Positions 1-10,014 of a stretch of DNA of 64,000 bases are shown here, one piece after another (position 1 is the stretch's first letter; every line of letters starts with the position of its first letter). The position numbers and the translations under genes are program-made. This DNA comes from an uncultured Pelagibacteraceae bacterium (GTDB lineage Bacteria; Pseudomonadota; Alphaproteobacteria; Pelagibacterales; Pelagibacteraceae): the NCBI GenBank assembly GCA_902566785.1, contig CACFKI010000004.1:705-64704 (forward strand). Direction: 5' to 3'. The notes beneath the pieces are model-generated. The model was not told the origin of the DNA. It saw nothing but the letters and a program-made list of their open reading frames with translations, and did not search any database.

Positions 1-502
1 CACAAGCACTAATACATCAATAGGAAATTATTTTTCTACAATGCTAGATCAGTCAATGAGCTGGAAGGACGCTGAAAAACTTTGTGCTCAATGGGGAGGA
101 CATTTTGCTTTAAAAGGTGTTATGAGCGTTGATGATGCTAAAAGAGCAGTAGATATAGGATGCACAGGTATAATGGTTTCAAATCATGGTGGTAGACAAT
201 TAGATGGATCAAGGTCTCCTTTTGATCAACTTGCTGAAATCGTAGATGCGGTAGGAGATAAATTAGATGTAATTTGTGAAGGTGGAATTCACAGAGGAAC
301 TCATATGCTTAAAGCATTGTCTTTAGGTGCAAAGGCATGCTCTGGAGGAAGACTTTACCTTTATGCTTTAGCGGCTGCAGGTCAACAAGGAGTTGAAAGA
401 GCTTTAGAAAAATATAAAGCAGAGCTTGAAAGAGATATGAAGCTCATGGGCTGCAAAAAAATTAGCGATCTAAGTAGAAACAATTTAAGATTTAGATCTT
501 AA
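1..502 (+). CDS. lldD: FMN-dependent alpha-hydroxy acid oxidase/dehydrogenase (L-lactate dehydrogenase-like), copy 1; 5' end outside the window
   Basis: Motifs LKGV, SNHGGRQLD; clear paralog of the next ORF; the frame is open upstream of the ATG at 41 to the window edge. Confidence 0.8.
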   Translation, partial: TSTNTSIGNYFSTMLDQSMSWKDAEKLCAQWGGHFALKGVMSVDDAKRAVDIGCTGIMVSNHGGRQLDGSRSPFDQLAEIVDAVGDKLDVICEGGIHRGTHMLKALSLGAKACSGGRLYLYALAAAGQQGVERALEKYKAELERDMKLMGCKKISDLSRNNLRFRS

Positions 503-1654
503 ATGAGTTTGAAAAACTGTTATAACTTTGACGATTTTAGAAATTTAGCCAAAAAAAAACTTCCATCACCTATTTTTCATTACATTGATGGCGGCTCAGA
601 TGATGAGATAACTCTCAAGAGAAATACAAGTTCATTTGATGATTGTGATTTAGTACCAAATATTCTAGCTAGTGTTGGTAAACCTGATTTATCTACAACT
701 GTTTTTGGAAGAAAGATTGATATGCCAATATTTTTATCTCCGACCGCAATGCAACGATTGTATCACCCAGATGGAGATAAAGCATCAGCTAAAGCTGCTG
801 CAAAATATGGAACTTTTTATAGCATGTCTACTATGGCAAATAATACAATTGAAGAAATTGCAAATCTTTCAAGTGGCCCTAAGCTTTTTCAACTTTATAT
901 ACATAAAGATAAATCCATTACTGATGATTTAATAGATAGATGTAAAAGATCTAATTTTGATGGGATGTGTTTAACAGTTGATACATTAGTTGCTGGAAAT
1001 AGAGAAAGAGATCACAGAACAGGCTTTACTACTCCTCCCAAATTAACGATTGGTAGTTTGTTGAGTTTTGCTATGAGACCAAATTGGGTATTTAATTATT
1101 TAACAAATAAAAAATTTGAATTATCAAATGTTGCAAAAAAAACTGATAAAGGAACTAATATTGCTAAGTCAGTTATTGAATATATTAATGAACAATATGA
1201 TCCATCAATGAACTGGAAGGATGCAGAATATTGTGTAAAAAAATGGGGAGGAAACTTTGCTCTTAAGGGCGTTATGTCTGTGGAGGACGCAAAACGAGCT
1301 ATAGATATAGGTTGTACAGCAATAATGATTTCTAATCATGGAGGAAGACAATTAGATGGATCAAGATCTCCATTTGATCAGGTCAAAGCTATATCAGATG
1401 CTGTTGGAGATAAATTGGAGATAATCCTTGATGGAGGGGTAAGAAGAGGAACTCATGTTTTAAAGGCTATAGCTGCTGGTGCAAAGGCGTGCAGTTTTGG
1501 AAAAATGTTCCTGTTCTCTTTGAGCGCAGGTGGTCAACAAGGCGTTGAACATTTACTTAAAATAATGCATGATGAAATTTACAGAAATATGGTATTGATG
1601 GGGTGTAAGAATTTAAAAGATTTAAATAGTTCAAAATTAATTTATAGAAAATAA
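503..1654 (+). CDS. lldD: FMN-dependent alpha-hydroxy acid oxidase/dehydrogenase, copy 2
   Basis: YIDGG, FQLY, TVD..GNRERD, SNHGGRQLD, DGGVRRG motifs; 383 aa; exact substrate not determinable. Confidence 0.85.
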   Translation: MSLKNCYNFDDFRNLAKKKLPSPIFHYIDGGSDDEITLKRNTSSFDDCDLVPNILASVGKPDLSTTVFGRKIDMPIFLSPTAMQRLYHPDGDKASAKAAAKYGTFYSMSTMANNTIEEIANLSSGPKLFQLYIHKDKSITDDLIDRCKRSNFDGMCLTVDTLVAGNRERDHRTGFTTPPKLTIGSLLSFAMRPNWVFNYLTNKKFELSNVAKKTDKGTNIAKSVIEYINEQYDPSMNWKDAEYCVKKWGGNFALKGVMSVEDAKRAIDIGCTAIMISNHGGRQLDGSRSPFDQVKAISDAVGDKLEIILDGGVRRGTHVLKAIAAGAKACSFGKMFLFSLSAGGQQGVEHLLKIMHDEIYRNMVLMGCKNLKDLNSSKLIYRK

Positions 1655-1666
1655 ACTGGAGAAAAA

Positions 1667-2830
1667 ATGAAATTAGCAGAAAGTTTAAATAGATTAGGGA
1701 CCGAAACAGCTTTTAGCGTACTTGCAGAAGCAAAAAAATTAGAAGCAAAGGGTAAACCAATGATTCACTTGGGTTTAGGTCAGCCAGATTTTAAAACCCC
1801 AAAGCATGTCGTTGAGGCTGCAAAAAAGGCTTTAGATGATGGGCATCACGGGTATGTAATGTCAAATGGAATTCCTGAGTGTAGGCAAGCGGTTACAAGA
1901 TGGATAAAAAAACGTTACAATGCCGAAGTAAGTTTTGAGAGAATTTTAATTATGCCAGGTGGCAAACCTACTATGAGTTATGCCATTCAATGCTTTGGTG
2001 AACCAGGTGCAGAAATAATTCATCCAACTCCAGCCTTCCCGATTTATGAGTCGATGATTAATTATACAGGTTCAACAGCAGTGCCTTATGACCTAACCGA
2101 AGATAAAGATCTAAAATTTAGTGCTGAAAAAATTCTTCCATTAATAACTGACAAAACAAGATTGCTGATTTTAATTAATCCTAATAATCCAACAGGAAGT
2201 TTTGTTGATAGAGCGGAAATTGATAAATTGGCCGAGGGACTTAAAAAATATCCACACGTAACTATTCTTAGTGACGAAATTTATAGTAGGCAAATTTTTG
2301 ATGGAAAAGAGATGCCATCTTTTTTCAATTATCCAGAATTAAGAGATAGATTAATTGTTCTTGAGGGTTGGAGTAAAGCTTATTCTATGACTGGTTGGAG
2401 ATTAGGATGGAGCTTTTGGCCTGAGCATTTAGTTGAACATGTAAATAAATTATTAATTAATAGTGTTTCGTGTGTAAATGCTGCTGCTCAATACGCAGGT
2501 ATTGCAGCGTTAGATGGTCCTGATGACTCTATTAACGAAATGATGGAAAAATTTACAGCGAGAAGAAAACTTATTCATGAGGGATTAAATAGTTTGCCAG
2601 GGGTCGAATGTAGTTTACCAGGAGGAGCATTTTACGCTTTTCCAAAAGTAATTGGTACAGGCATGAATGGTGCTGAATTTTGTAAAAGGGCTATGCATGA
2701 AGCTGGAGTTGCTATAGTTCCAGGAACTGCCTTTGGTAAGAGCTGTAATGATTATGTTAGATTTAGTTTTGCAGCTTCTAGAGATAATATTTCACAAGCA
2801 CTTGAAAATATCAAAAAAATGCTTGGTTAA
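1667..2830 (+). CDS. PLP-dependent aminotransferase class I/II (aspartate aminotransferase-like)
   Basis: GQPDF, NPNNPTG, SDEIY, SKAYSMTGWRLG (PLP lysine); GGAG SD upstream. Confidence 0.9.
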   Translation: MKLAESLNRLGTETAFSVLAEAKKLEAKGKPMIHLGLGQPDFKTPKHVVEAAKKALDDGHHGYVMSNGIPECRQAVTRWIKKRYNAEVSFERILIMPGGKPTMSYAIQCFGEPGAEIIHPTPAFPIYESMINYTGSTAVPYDLTEDKDLKFSAEKILPLITDKTRLLILINPNNPTGSFVDRAEIDKLAEGLKKYPHVTILSDEIYSRQIFDGKEMPSFFNYPELRDRLIVLEGWSKAYSMTGWRLGWSFWPEHLVEHVNKLLINSVSCVNAAAQYAGIAALDGPDDSINEMMEKFTARRKLIHEGLNSLPGVECSLPGGAFYAFPKVIGTGMNGAEFCKRAMHEAGVAIVPGTAFGKSCNDYVRFSFAASRDNISQALENIKKMLG

Positions 2831-2872
2831 AATTTTATATTTTTTTTAAATAATTTTTAGTAATATAATTTC

Positions 2873-4246
2873 ATGAACGAACAAATTGAATTAGAACTAA
2901 AAAGTCTACTTAACTCCAGATTTTCAACTTCTGAGTCAACTCGAGCAAATTATGCAAGAGGAGAAGATACATACGATCCTATTTTATCCGAGGCAGTTGT
3001 TTTTCCAGAGACTAATGAAGAGGTTTCTAAAATTTTAACATTATGTAACCAACATAAAATTCCAGTCGTACCATTTGGAACAGGTACATCTCTAGAGGGA
3101 AATGTTGTTGGAAATGAGAAGGGAATAACTATTTGTTTAGAAAAGATGAACAAAATTTTAAGTGTAAATGTTGAAGATTTTGATTGTAGAGTTCAAGCTT
3201 GTGTAACTAAAGAACAATTGAATGATTACCTTAGAGAGGATGGAGTTTTTTTTCCAATCGATCCAGGAGCCAATGCTGCAATTGGGGGAATGGCCTCAAC
3301 TTCTGCTTCAGGAACAATGGCAGTGAAGTATGGTACCATGAAAACCGTTATCTCTGGTTTGACTGTAGTTTTACCTAATGGTGATATTATAAATACTGGG
3401 GGCAGAACTAAAAAAACTTCTGCAGGTTACAATTTAACAAATTTATTTATTGGTTCAGAGGGAACACTTGGTATTATAACTGAGGTTCAATTAAGATTGT
3501 CTCCTATTCCAGAGAGTATAATGAGTGCAGTCTGTCATTTTCCTTCTCTAGAAAAAGCTGTTCAAACTGCTCAACAAGTTATTCAGTATGGTGTTCCAAT
3601 TGCAAGGATAGAGATGCTTAATAAAGATCAAATGCAGATAAGTATTAATTATTCTAAATTAAAAGATATTGAAGCAGTCCCTACACTGTTCTTTGAATTT
3701 CACGGATCTGAAGCATCTAATAAAGAAAATGTGCAAATTGTAGAGGAAATATCCAAAGATAATAATGGAGGTTCTTTTAAATGGGCAAAAGATTTAGAAG
3801 ATAGGAATAAGCTTTGGAGAGCGAGGTGGGATGTATATTATTCAGTTAAAGCCTTGATTAATAATGGAAGAGTGTATTCAACCGATGTATGTCTCCCTAT
3901 TTCTAAGATTACAGAGTGTGTAAATTTTGCAGAAGAGCAAACAAAAAAATTTGGTTTAAGAGCTCCAATGGTAGGTCATTTAGGAGATGGAAATTTTCAT
4001 GTACTTTTGCCTTTTGATCCAAAAGATAAAGAAATGTATAAAAAAATAAGAGAATTTAATGATCTTTTAATTAAAAAATCCTTAGAACTAAATGGAACAA
4101 TTACAGGTGAGCATGGCATAGGTCTCCATAAAAAAGAATACCTTCTTCAAGAACATCCAGATAATATTCCAATAATGAAATCAATAAAAAGAACAATTGA
4201 TCCAAATAATATAATGAATCCTGGTAAGATTTTTGATTTAAACTAA
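2873..4246 (+). CDS. FAD-linked oxidase, D-lactate dehydrogenase (cytochrome)/GlcD family
   Basis: PFGTGTSLEG, GSEGTLGIITE, GHLGDGNFH, GEHGIG, DPNNIMNPGK. Confidence 0.9.
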   Translation: MNEQIELELKSLLNSRFSTSESTRANYARGEDTYDPILSEAVVFPETNEEVSKILTLCNQHKIPVVPFGTGTSLEGNVVGNEKGITICLEKMNKILSVNVEDFDCRVQACVTKEQLNDYLREDGVFFPIDPGANAAIGGMASTSASGTMAVKYGTMKTVISGLTVVLPNGDIINTGGRTKKTSAGYNLTNLFIGSEGTLGIITEVQLRLSPIPESIMSAVCHFPSLEKAVQTAQQVIQYGVPIARIEMLNKDQMQISINYSKLKDIEAVPTLFFEFHGSEASNKENVQIVEEISKDNNGGSFKWAKDLEDRNKLWRARWDVYYSVKALINNGRVYSTDVCLPISKITECVNFAEEQTKKFGLRAPMVGHLGDGNFHVLLPFDPKDKEMYKKIREFNDLLIKKSLELNGTITGEHGIGLHKKEYLLQEHPDNIPIMKSIKRTIDPNNIMNPGKIFDLN

Positions 4247-4254
4247 AATATTCT

Positions 4255-5208
4255 ATGAAAAAAATTTTAATAACAAGAAGATTGCTTAAAGAATGCGAAG
4301 AAAAAGCATCAAAGGCATTTGATGCAAATTTTAATAGTAATGACGAGTTATACACTCAAAAAAAAGTAATTGAAATGAGCCAAGGTTGTGATGGTATTTT
4401 AAGTTCTTTAACTGAAAAGTTAGACGCTGAAACGATTAATAAATTACCTGAAAGTATAAAAATTATCTCTAATTTTGCTGTTGGTTTTGGAAACATTGAT
4501 TTAGATGCAGCAAAGAAAAGAGGTATAGTTGTCACAAATACACCCGATGTATTGACCGACGCCACAGCTGAAATTGGAATATTATTAATTTTAGGAGCTT
4601 GCAGAAGAGTTCCAGAAGGTATTCAAGGAGCTAAGGATTGTAATTGGAAATGGTCAGCAGATTATTTAATTGGCAAGCAACTTACTGGAGCAAGACTTGG
4701 AATTTTAGGTATGGGTAGAATTGGACAAAAAATTGCAATTGTAGCAAAATCTCTTGGAATGATTATTCATTATCATAATAGATCAAAGTTAAGCGCAGAT
4801 AAAGAAAACGGAGCAACCTATCATGATAGTCTAAAAAGTCTCATGTCTGTTTCTGATGTATTATCTGTTTGCTGTCCTGCATCTAATGAGACAATTAACT
4901 TAATTAATAAAGAAAATATAGAATACTTACCAAAAGGTGCTGTTGTAACTAATGTTGCGAGAGGAGATATTGTAGATGATGATGCATTAATTGATGCTCT
5001 TGAAAGACGAAAAGTTTATGCAGTTGGACTTGATGTTTATAAAGGTGAACCAAATTTAAATCCTGGTTATCTAAAATTTAAACAAGCCTTCATCTTACCC
5101 CACTTAGGTAGTGCGACTAAAGAGACTAGGACTGCTATGGGAAATTTAGCAATTGATAACATCGAAGAGTTTTTCAAAACAGGAAATTGCAAAAATAGAG
5201 TTAATTAA
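4255..5208 (+). CDS. D-2-hydroxyacid dehydrogenase (glyoxylate/hydroxypyruvate reductase-like)
   Basis: VTNTPDVLTDATAE, GMGRIG, NVARG, GLDVY..EP, LPHLGSAT. Confidence 0.9.
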   Translation: MKKILITRRLLKECEEKASKAFDANFNSNDELYTQKKVIEMSQGCDGILSSLTEKLDAETINKLPESIKIISNFAVGFGNIDLDAAKKRGIVVTNTPDVLTDATAEIGILLILGACRRVPEGIQGAKDCNWKWSADYLIGKQLTGARLGILGMGRIGQKIAIVAKSLGMIIHYHNRSKLSADKENGATYHDSLKSLMSVSDVLSVCCPASNETINLINKENIEYLPKGAVVTNVARGDIVDDDALIDALERRKVYAVGLDVYKGEPNLNPGYLKFKQAFILPHLGSATKETRTAMGNLAIDNIEEFFKTGNCKNRVN

Positions 5209-5216
5209 CAATTTTA

Positions 5217-5233
5217 TTCAATCTCAGATTGAA
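5217..5233. promoter_or_regulatory. Perfect inverted repeat upstream of the TRAP operon (candidate operator)
   Basis: TTCAATCT-C-AGATTGAA, 8-bp arms with 1-nt spacer. Confidence 0.35.
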
Positions 5234-5319
5234 AGTTCAAAATGGTCTTTTTTTAATGACTCTAATTTACATTTATGCTTAAAATACAAAAGTTATAACT
5301 AATAAGAGAGGAAATAATA

Positions 5320-6477
5320 ATGATTAAAGAAAAAAATCTTAAGAAGGGAAAAATTCCTTCAAGACGTAAGTTCTTTAAAGCAGCGGCAGCAACTGGTGCA
5401 GCAGCAACAGCAGCAGTAGCTATGCCTAACCTTGCATTAGGTAGTGGTCACGTAACACTAAAAATGCAGGCAGCTTGGCCAAGTGGTGCTAACATATTTT
5501 TCGAAATGGCAGGAGACTATGCGAAAATGGTTAGTGACATGTCAGGTGGAACTTTAAAAATAGATCTTCAACCAGTCGGTGCTGTTGTTAAAACATCAGA
5601 AATCGGAGCAGCGGTTAGTGATGGTAACCTAGATATGGGTCACTGGGTGACAGCATATTGGTATGGTAAAAATCCAGCAGCTTCACTTTTTGGAACTGGT
5701 CCTTCATACGGAATGTCATCTCAAGAAGTTATGGGATGGATGGAGTATGGTGGAGGTAGAGCATTATATGAAGAAACTCTATCAAAAGTAGGTTTTGATT
5801 ATATTGGTTTTTTCCATATGCCTATGCCAGCACAGCCTTTTGGTTGGTTTAAAAAGAATGTAACAAAAGTATCTGATGTTAAAGGTATGAAATATAGAAC
5901 TGTTGGTTTAGCGACTAACGTTTTAACTGCAATGGGAATGGTAGTAAGACAATTACCAGGTGGAGAAATTCAACCAGCAATGAAAACTGGTTTAATTGAT
6001 GCAGCTGAGTTTAATAACCCAACTTCAGATTCACAGTTTGGAATGCAAGATGTATCTAAACACTATCACTTAGGTAGTTTTCACCAATCTCAAGAAATGT
6101 TTGAGATACCAGTGAACAAGAAAAGATACAACAGCCTTTCACCTGCTCATCAAGCTATCTTGAGAAATGCTGCTTATGCTGCTAACTCTGATAACTACTT
6201 TAAGGCTTTAGTTAGATATTCAACTGACTTAGGTAAATTGATGAATGAGCATAAGGTAAATGTATATCAAACATCTGATGCTATTTTAGCCGAACAATTA
6301 AAAGGTTGGGATAAAATAGTTGCTGAATTTTCTGGAAAAGATCCTTTCTTCAAGAAAATTATAGCATCTCAGAAAGCATATGCTAAGAGAACAATGAAGT
6401 ATCTGTTGATGAATCAACCGAACTACAAATTAGCTTATGAAAATGAGTTTGGTCCAATTGCAAAAGTTAAAATTTAA
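5320..6477 (+). CDS. dctP: TRAP transporter substrate-binding protein (TakP/FcbT1-like) with Tat signal peptide
   Basis: SRRKFFK twin-arginine motif plus Ala-rich h-region; MKYRTVG conserved Arg; IDAAEF; GAGG SD. Confidence 0.9.
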   Translation: MIKEKNLKKGKIPSRRKFFKAAAATGAAATAAVAMPNLALGSGHVTLKMQAAWPSGANIFFEMAGDYAKMVSDMSGGTLKIDLQPVGAVVKTSEIGAAVSDGNLDMGHWVTAYWYGKNPAASLFGTGPSYGMSSQEVMGWMEYGGGRALYEETLSKVGFDYIGFFHMPMPAQPFGWFKKNVTKVSDVKGMKYRTVGLATNVLTAMGMVVRQLPGGEIQPAMKTGLIDAAEFNNPTSDSQFGMQDVSKHYHLGSFHQSQEMFEIPVNKKRYNSLSPAHQAILRNAAYAANSDNYFKALVRYSTDLGKLMNEHKVNVYQTSDAILAEQLKGWDKIVAEFSGKDPFFKKIIASQKAYAKRTMKYLLMNQPNYKLAYENEFGPIAKVKI

Positions 6478-6498
6478 TTAGCTTTTCAAAATTAATAT

Positions 6499-6528
6499 AA
6501 AGGGGGTTGAAAAACCCCCTTTTTTTTT
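6499..6528 (+). terminator. Rho-independent terminator / stabilising hairpin after dctP
   Basis: AAAGGGGGTT-GAAA-AACCCCCTTT followed by a T run. Confidence 0.85.
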
Positions 6529-6554
6529 ACACAGATTTATTATACTTTAAAATT

Positions 6555-7142
6555 ATGATGGCATCTTACATTAGATTTGCGGATACACTTAGTACATCAA
6601 TGGGAAAAGCTTTTTCTTGGTGCATTGTTATTTTAATGGGAGGAACAGTCTACGAAGTAGTAATGGCTTATGCATTTAATAAGCCAACTTTGTGGAATTT
6701 TGATTTTAGTATGCAAATGTATGGAGCTATATTAATGATGTCAGGTGCTTATTGTTTAGCAACAGAAGCTCATGTTAGAGGTGATGTAATTTACAGATTG
6801 TTTAGCCAAAGAACTCAAGCATGGGTAGATTTAGTGCTTTACTTCATTTTCTTTTTTCCAGGAGTTATAGCTTTAGCATTTTATGGATACGAGTACGCTG
6901 CACAGGCCTGGAAAATAAAAGAAACTAGTTGGAGTAGCCCTGCGCAAATTCAAATTTACATGGTAAAATCAATGATACCTGCTGCAGGTATTATGTTAAT
7001 TATTCAAGGCGTTGGTGAAGTATTCAGATCAATTATCTGTATCAAATCTGGCAAATGGCCTTCGAGAATGGTTGTTGCAGAGGAAACAGATGAAATGTTA
7101 ATGAGAACATCGCAAGAGGAAGATAAACAAAATGTTATTTAG
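6555..7142 (+). CDS. dctQ: TRAP small permease subunit
   Basis: Four TM segments, HVRGD motif; start moved from TTG 6507 (inside the hairpin) to ATG 6555/6558. Confidence 0.88.
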   Translation: MMASYIRFADTLSTSMGKAFSWCIVILMGGTVYEVVMAYAFNKPTLWNFDFSMQMYGAILMMSGAYCLATEAHVRGDVIYRLFSQRTQAWVDLVLYFIFFFPGVIALAFYGYEYAAQAWKIKETSWSSPAQIQIYMVKSMIPAAGIMLIIQGVGEVFRSIICIKSGKWPSRMVVAEETDEMLMRTSQEEDKQNVI

Positions 7143-8493
7143 CTTAACAAATCCTGAAGTTGCAATTTTAATGATGGGAGTATTTTTATTTTCAGTATTG
7201 TTAGGTTTTCCAATAGCCTTCACTTTGATGGCTATGGGAATAGGTTTTGGTTATTACGCTTATTATGATCCAGTTTTAATGGATCATCTTTTTGATAATA
7301 GAATATTTTCTTTGTTTGTTAAAAACACTTACACAGTAATGGATAACAACGTTCTTACAGCAGTTCCACTTTTTTTATTTATGGGATATTTAGTTGAGCG
7401 TGCAGGAATTGTAGCAAAATTATTTTTTGCTATTAGACTTGCAGCACACAGATTGCCAGCATCTATGGCTGTAGCAGCTCTAATAACTTGTGCCTTATTT
7501 TCCACTGCAACAGGAATCATAGGAGCAGTTGTTACTTTAATGGGCTTGCTAGCTTGGCCAGCAATGGTTAAAGCTGGATATGACAAAAAATTTGCATCAG
7601 GAATAATTTGTAGCGGTGGGTGTTTAGGAATTTTAATTCCACCAAGCATTATGTTAATTGTTTATTCTGTAATTGCCCAATTATCACCATTAAGATTATT
7701 TGCAGCTGCAATATTTCCAGGATTAATGTTAGCAGGATTGTATATTGCTTACGCAGTTTTTAGAGCATGGCTAAACCCCTCGATTGCACCAAGACCCCCA
7801 AAAGAGGATATCCCACCAAGGGCAGAAATTCTAAAAGAAGTAATGGTTTCTTTTGTTCCTTTATTTGGTCTTATAATGTTAGTTCTTGGAACAATTTTAG
7901 CTGGGATTGCTACTCCAGCTGAGGCAGCGGCAGCGGGTGCATTTGGAGCAATACTATTATCTTGGTTTTATAAAACTCTAAAATGGCAAAATTTTAAAGA
8001 GTCAGTTTTTCTTACTGCAAAAACTACTGCAATGATTATGTGGTTATTTATTGGATCTTGGACTTTTTCATCTGTTTTTTCTTATTTAGGAGGACACGAG
8101 GTATTTGAACACTTCTTTACTTCAATAAACATTACTACTTGGCAATTTTTAGTAATAACTCAAATTATTATTTTCCTCCTAGGATGGCCTTTAGAGTGGA
8201 CAGAAATTTTAATTATATTTGTTCCAATTTTTTTACCATTGCTTGAAATATTTCAGGTTAATCCATATTTTTTTGCTATGTTAATTGCTTTAAATTTGCA
8301 GACCTCGTTTCTTACTCCACCCATGGCAATGTCCGCCTATTATCTTAAAGGTGTTCAAAAAACAAATGTTGAACTAATGGATGTATTTAGAGGAATTATG
8401 CCATTTTTAGGAATAGTTATTTTTGGTATGTTTTTGATGTATATGTTTCCTGGTATTGCACTATGGTTGCCAGAAGTATTATTTGCAGACTAA
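7132..8493 (+). CDS. dctM: TRAP large permease subunit
   Basis: AVPLFLFMG, GCLGILIPPS, ATPAEAA, QTSFLTPP. Confidence 0.92.
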   Translation: MLFSLTNPEVAILMMGVFLFSVLLGFPIAFTLMAMGIGFGYYAYYDPVLMDHLFDNRIFSLFVKNTYTVMDNNVLTAVPLFLFMGYLVERAGIVAKLFFAIRLAAHRLPASMAVAALITCALFSTATGIIGAVVTLMGLLAWPAMVKAGYDKKFASGIICSGGCLGILIPPSIMLIVYSVIAQLSPLRLFAAAIFPGLMLAGLYIAYAVFRAWLNPSIAPRPPKEDIPPRAEILKEVMVSFVPLFGLIMLVLGTILAGIATPAEAAAAGAFGAILLSWFYKTLKWQNFKESVFLTAKTTAMIMWLFIGSWTFSSVFSYLGGHEVFEHFFTSINITTWQFLVITQIIIFLLGWPLEWTEILIIFVPIFLPLLEIFQVNPYFFAMLIALNLQTSFLTPPMAMSAYYLKGVQKTNVELMDVFRGIMPFLGIVIFGMFLMYMFPGIALWLPEVLFAD

Positions 8494-8499
8494 AAAAAA

Positions 8500-9825
8500 A
8501 TGATTGATATATTTTCGTTAAGCGTTGAGGAAATGGCCTTAAAAATAAAAGAAGGTCAATTAACTTCTGTTGAGATTTGTGAAAAATATATTGAAAGAAT
8601 AAATAAATTTGAAAAAGATGTAAAAGCTTGGGCGCACTTTGATAAAAAAATTTTATTAGAGAAAGCAGCTAATGCTGATGAGCATAGAAAATCTGGAAAA
8701 CCTGTTGGTTCCCTTCATGGAGTTCCTGTAGCTATTAAAGACATAATTGGAACTGTAGATATGCCAACTGAATGTGGAACACCAATAAGAAAAGGTAAAT
8801 CTTATTCACAAAATGCTGAGATAGTTGAACTTTTACATACAGCAGGGGCAATTGTGATGGGAAAAACAGCTACATCTGAATTGGCATATCTTGGACCACC
8901 AAAAACTACTAACCCTCACGATTATTCTCGAACTCCAGGTGGCTCTTCAAGTGGATCAGCAGCTTCTGTTGCTTCATTTATGACCCCACTTTCAATTGGA
9001 TCACAAACAGGCGGATCAGTTATTAGACCTGCTTCTTACTGTGGTGTTGTTGGTTATAAACCAAGTTATGGTCTGATTTCAAGAAATGGTGTTTTAAAAA
9101 CTTCCTATATACTTGATCATATAGGTATGTTTGGAAGAAAAGTCGAAGATATAGCAATGTTAGCAAAGGTTTTAATTAAAAAAGATCGTCATGATCCAGC
9201 TACTATTTATTATTCGGCTGAGAATATATTAGAAGAAACAAAAAAAGGACCATTATTTGAACCAAAATTTATTTTCTATAAGTCAGATTATTGGAAAATA
9301 ATTGATAAAAAATCTAGGGAGTCATTTGAATATTTTATTAAGTCATTTAAAAATATAGAGGTTTTTGATACACCATTATATTTTAAAGAAATACATAAGT
9401 ATCATCAAATTATCCATGAAACAGATTTAGCTAATAATTTTTCCTTATATTATAAAAAATATAAAAAAAAATTATCTAAGTACATGCAAACAGCAATAGC
9501 AAAAGGTAACAAACATTCAGCAAAAGAATATACAGAGGCAGTTGATTTTAAAAAAAGAAGCCTTGAATCATATCAAGAAGTATTTGAGGATTATCATGGA
9601 GTATTGTCTCCTTCTAGTCCTGGTGTTGCTCCAAAGGGTTTAAAGAGTACAGGAACTGCAGAGTTTAATAAGGTATGGTCTTATTTAGGCTTACCTTGTA
9701 TATCCCTTCCTTTATTACAAGGAGAAAATAATTTGCCATTAGGAGTTCAATTAGTTGGTGATCTTTATGATGATCATAGATTTTTAGGGGTTGCTAATTG
9801 GTTAGAAAAGGAATGTAATAATTAA
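8500..9825 (+). CDS. Amidase signature family enzyme
   Basis: PVAIKD (Lys), PGGSSSGS, GSQTGGSVIRPASYCG (Ser-cisSer-Lys triad). Confidence 0.9.
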   Translation: MIDIFSLSVEEMALKIKEGQLTSVEICEKYIERINKFEKDVKAWAHFDKKILLEKAANADEHRKSGKPVGSLHGVPVAIKDIIGTVDMPTECGTPIRKGKSYSQNAEIVELLHTAGAIVMGKTATSELAYLGPPKTTNPHDYSRTPGGSSSGSAASVASFMTPLSIGSQTGGSVIRPASYCGVVGYKPSYGLISRNGVLKTSYILDHIGMFGRKVEDIAMLAKVLIKKDRHDPATIYYSAENILEETKKGPLFEPKFIFYKSDYWKIIDKKSRESFEYFIKSFKNIEVFDTPLYFKEIHKYHQIIHETDLANNFSLYYKKYKKKLSKYMQTAIAKGNKHSAKEYTEAVDFKKRSLESYQEVFEDYHGVLSPSSPGVAPKGLKSTGTAEFNKVWSYLGLPCISLPLLQGENNLPLGVQLVGDLYDDHRFLGVANWLEKECNN

Positions 9826-9826
9826 A

Positions 9827-10003
9827 ATGCAAAAATTTACAACATTTTTAGGATCTTTACTTGCAATAGCTTTTTTAGTTGGTCTTGCATTTACATTAAC
9901 CAGATCATCGATGATAGGTTTTTTTGACGTATTACCTGTTTATATTTTAATGGGTTTAGCAATTTTTATGATGATCTATGAAGCATTTTTCGATAAAAAA
10001 TAA
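9827..10003 (+). CDS. Small membrane protein, 58 aa, two predicted TM helices; absent from the ORF track
   Basis: Translated by hand: MQKFTTFLGSLLAIAFLVGLAFTLTRSSMIGFFDVLPVYILMGLAIFMMIYEAFFDKK*; ATG 1 nt after the amidase stop; fills the gap. Confidence 0.75.
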   Translation: MQKFTTFLGSLLAIAFLVGLAFTLTRSSMIGFFDVLPVYILMGLAIFMMIYEAFFDKK

Positions 10004-10014
10004 TTTCAAGAATC

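Noticed and set aside
6507-6554. TTG start for dctQ given by the ORF track
   Set aside because: It lies inside the terminator hairpin; ATG 6555/6558 gives a normal DctQ N-terminus.
8500-9825. Amidase as gatA
   Set aside because: No gatB/gatC neighbours, and the motif context (GSQTGGS, TRAP linkage) fits a stand-alone amidase.
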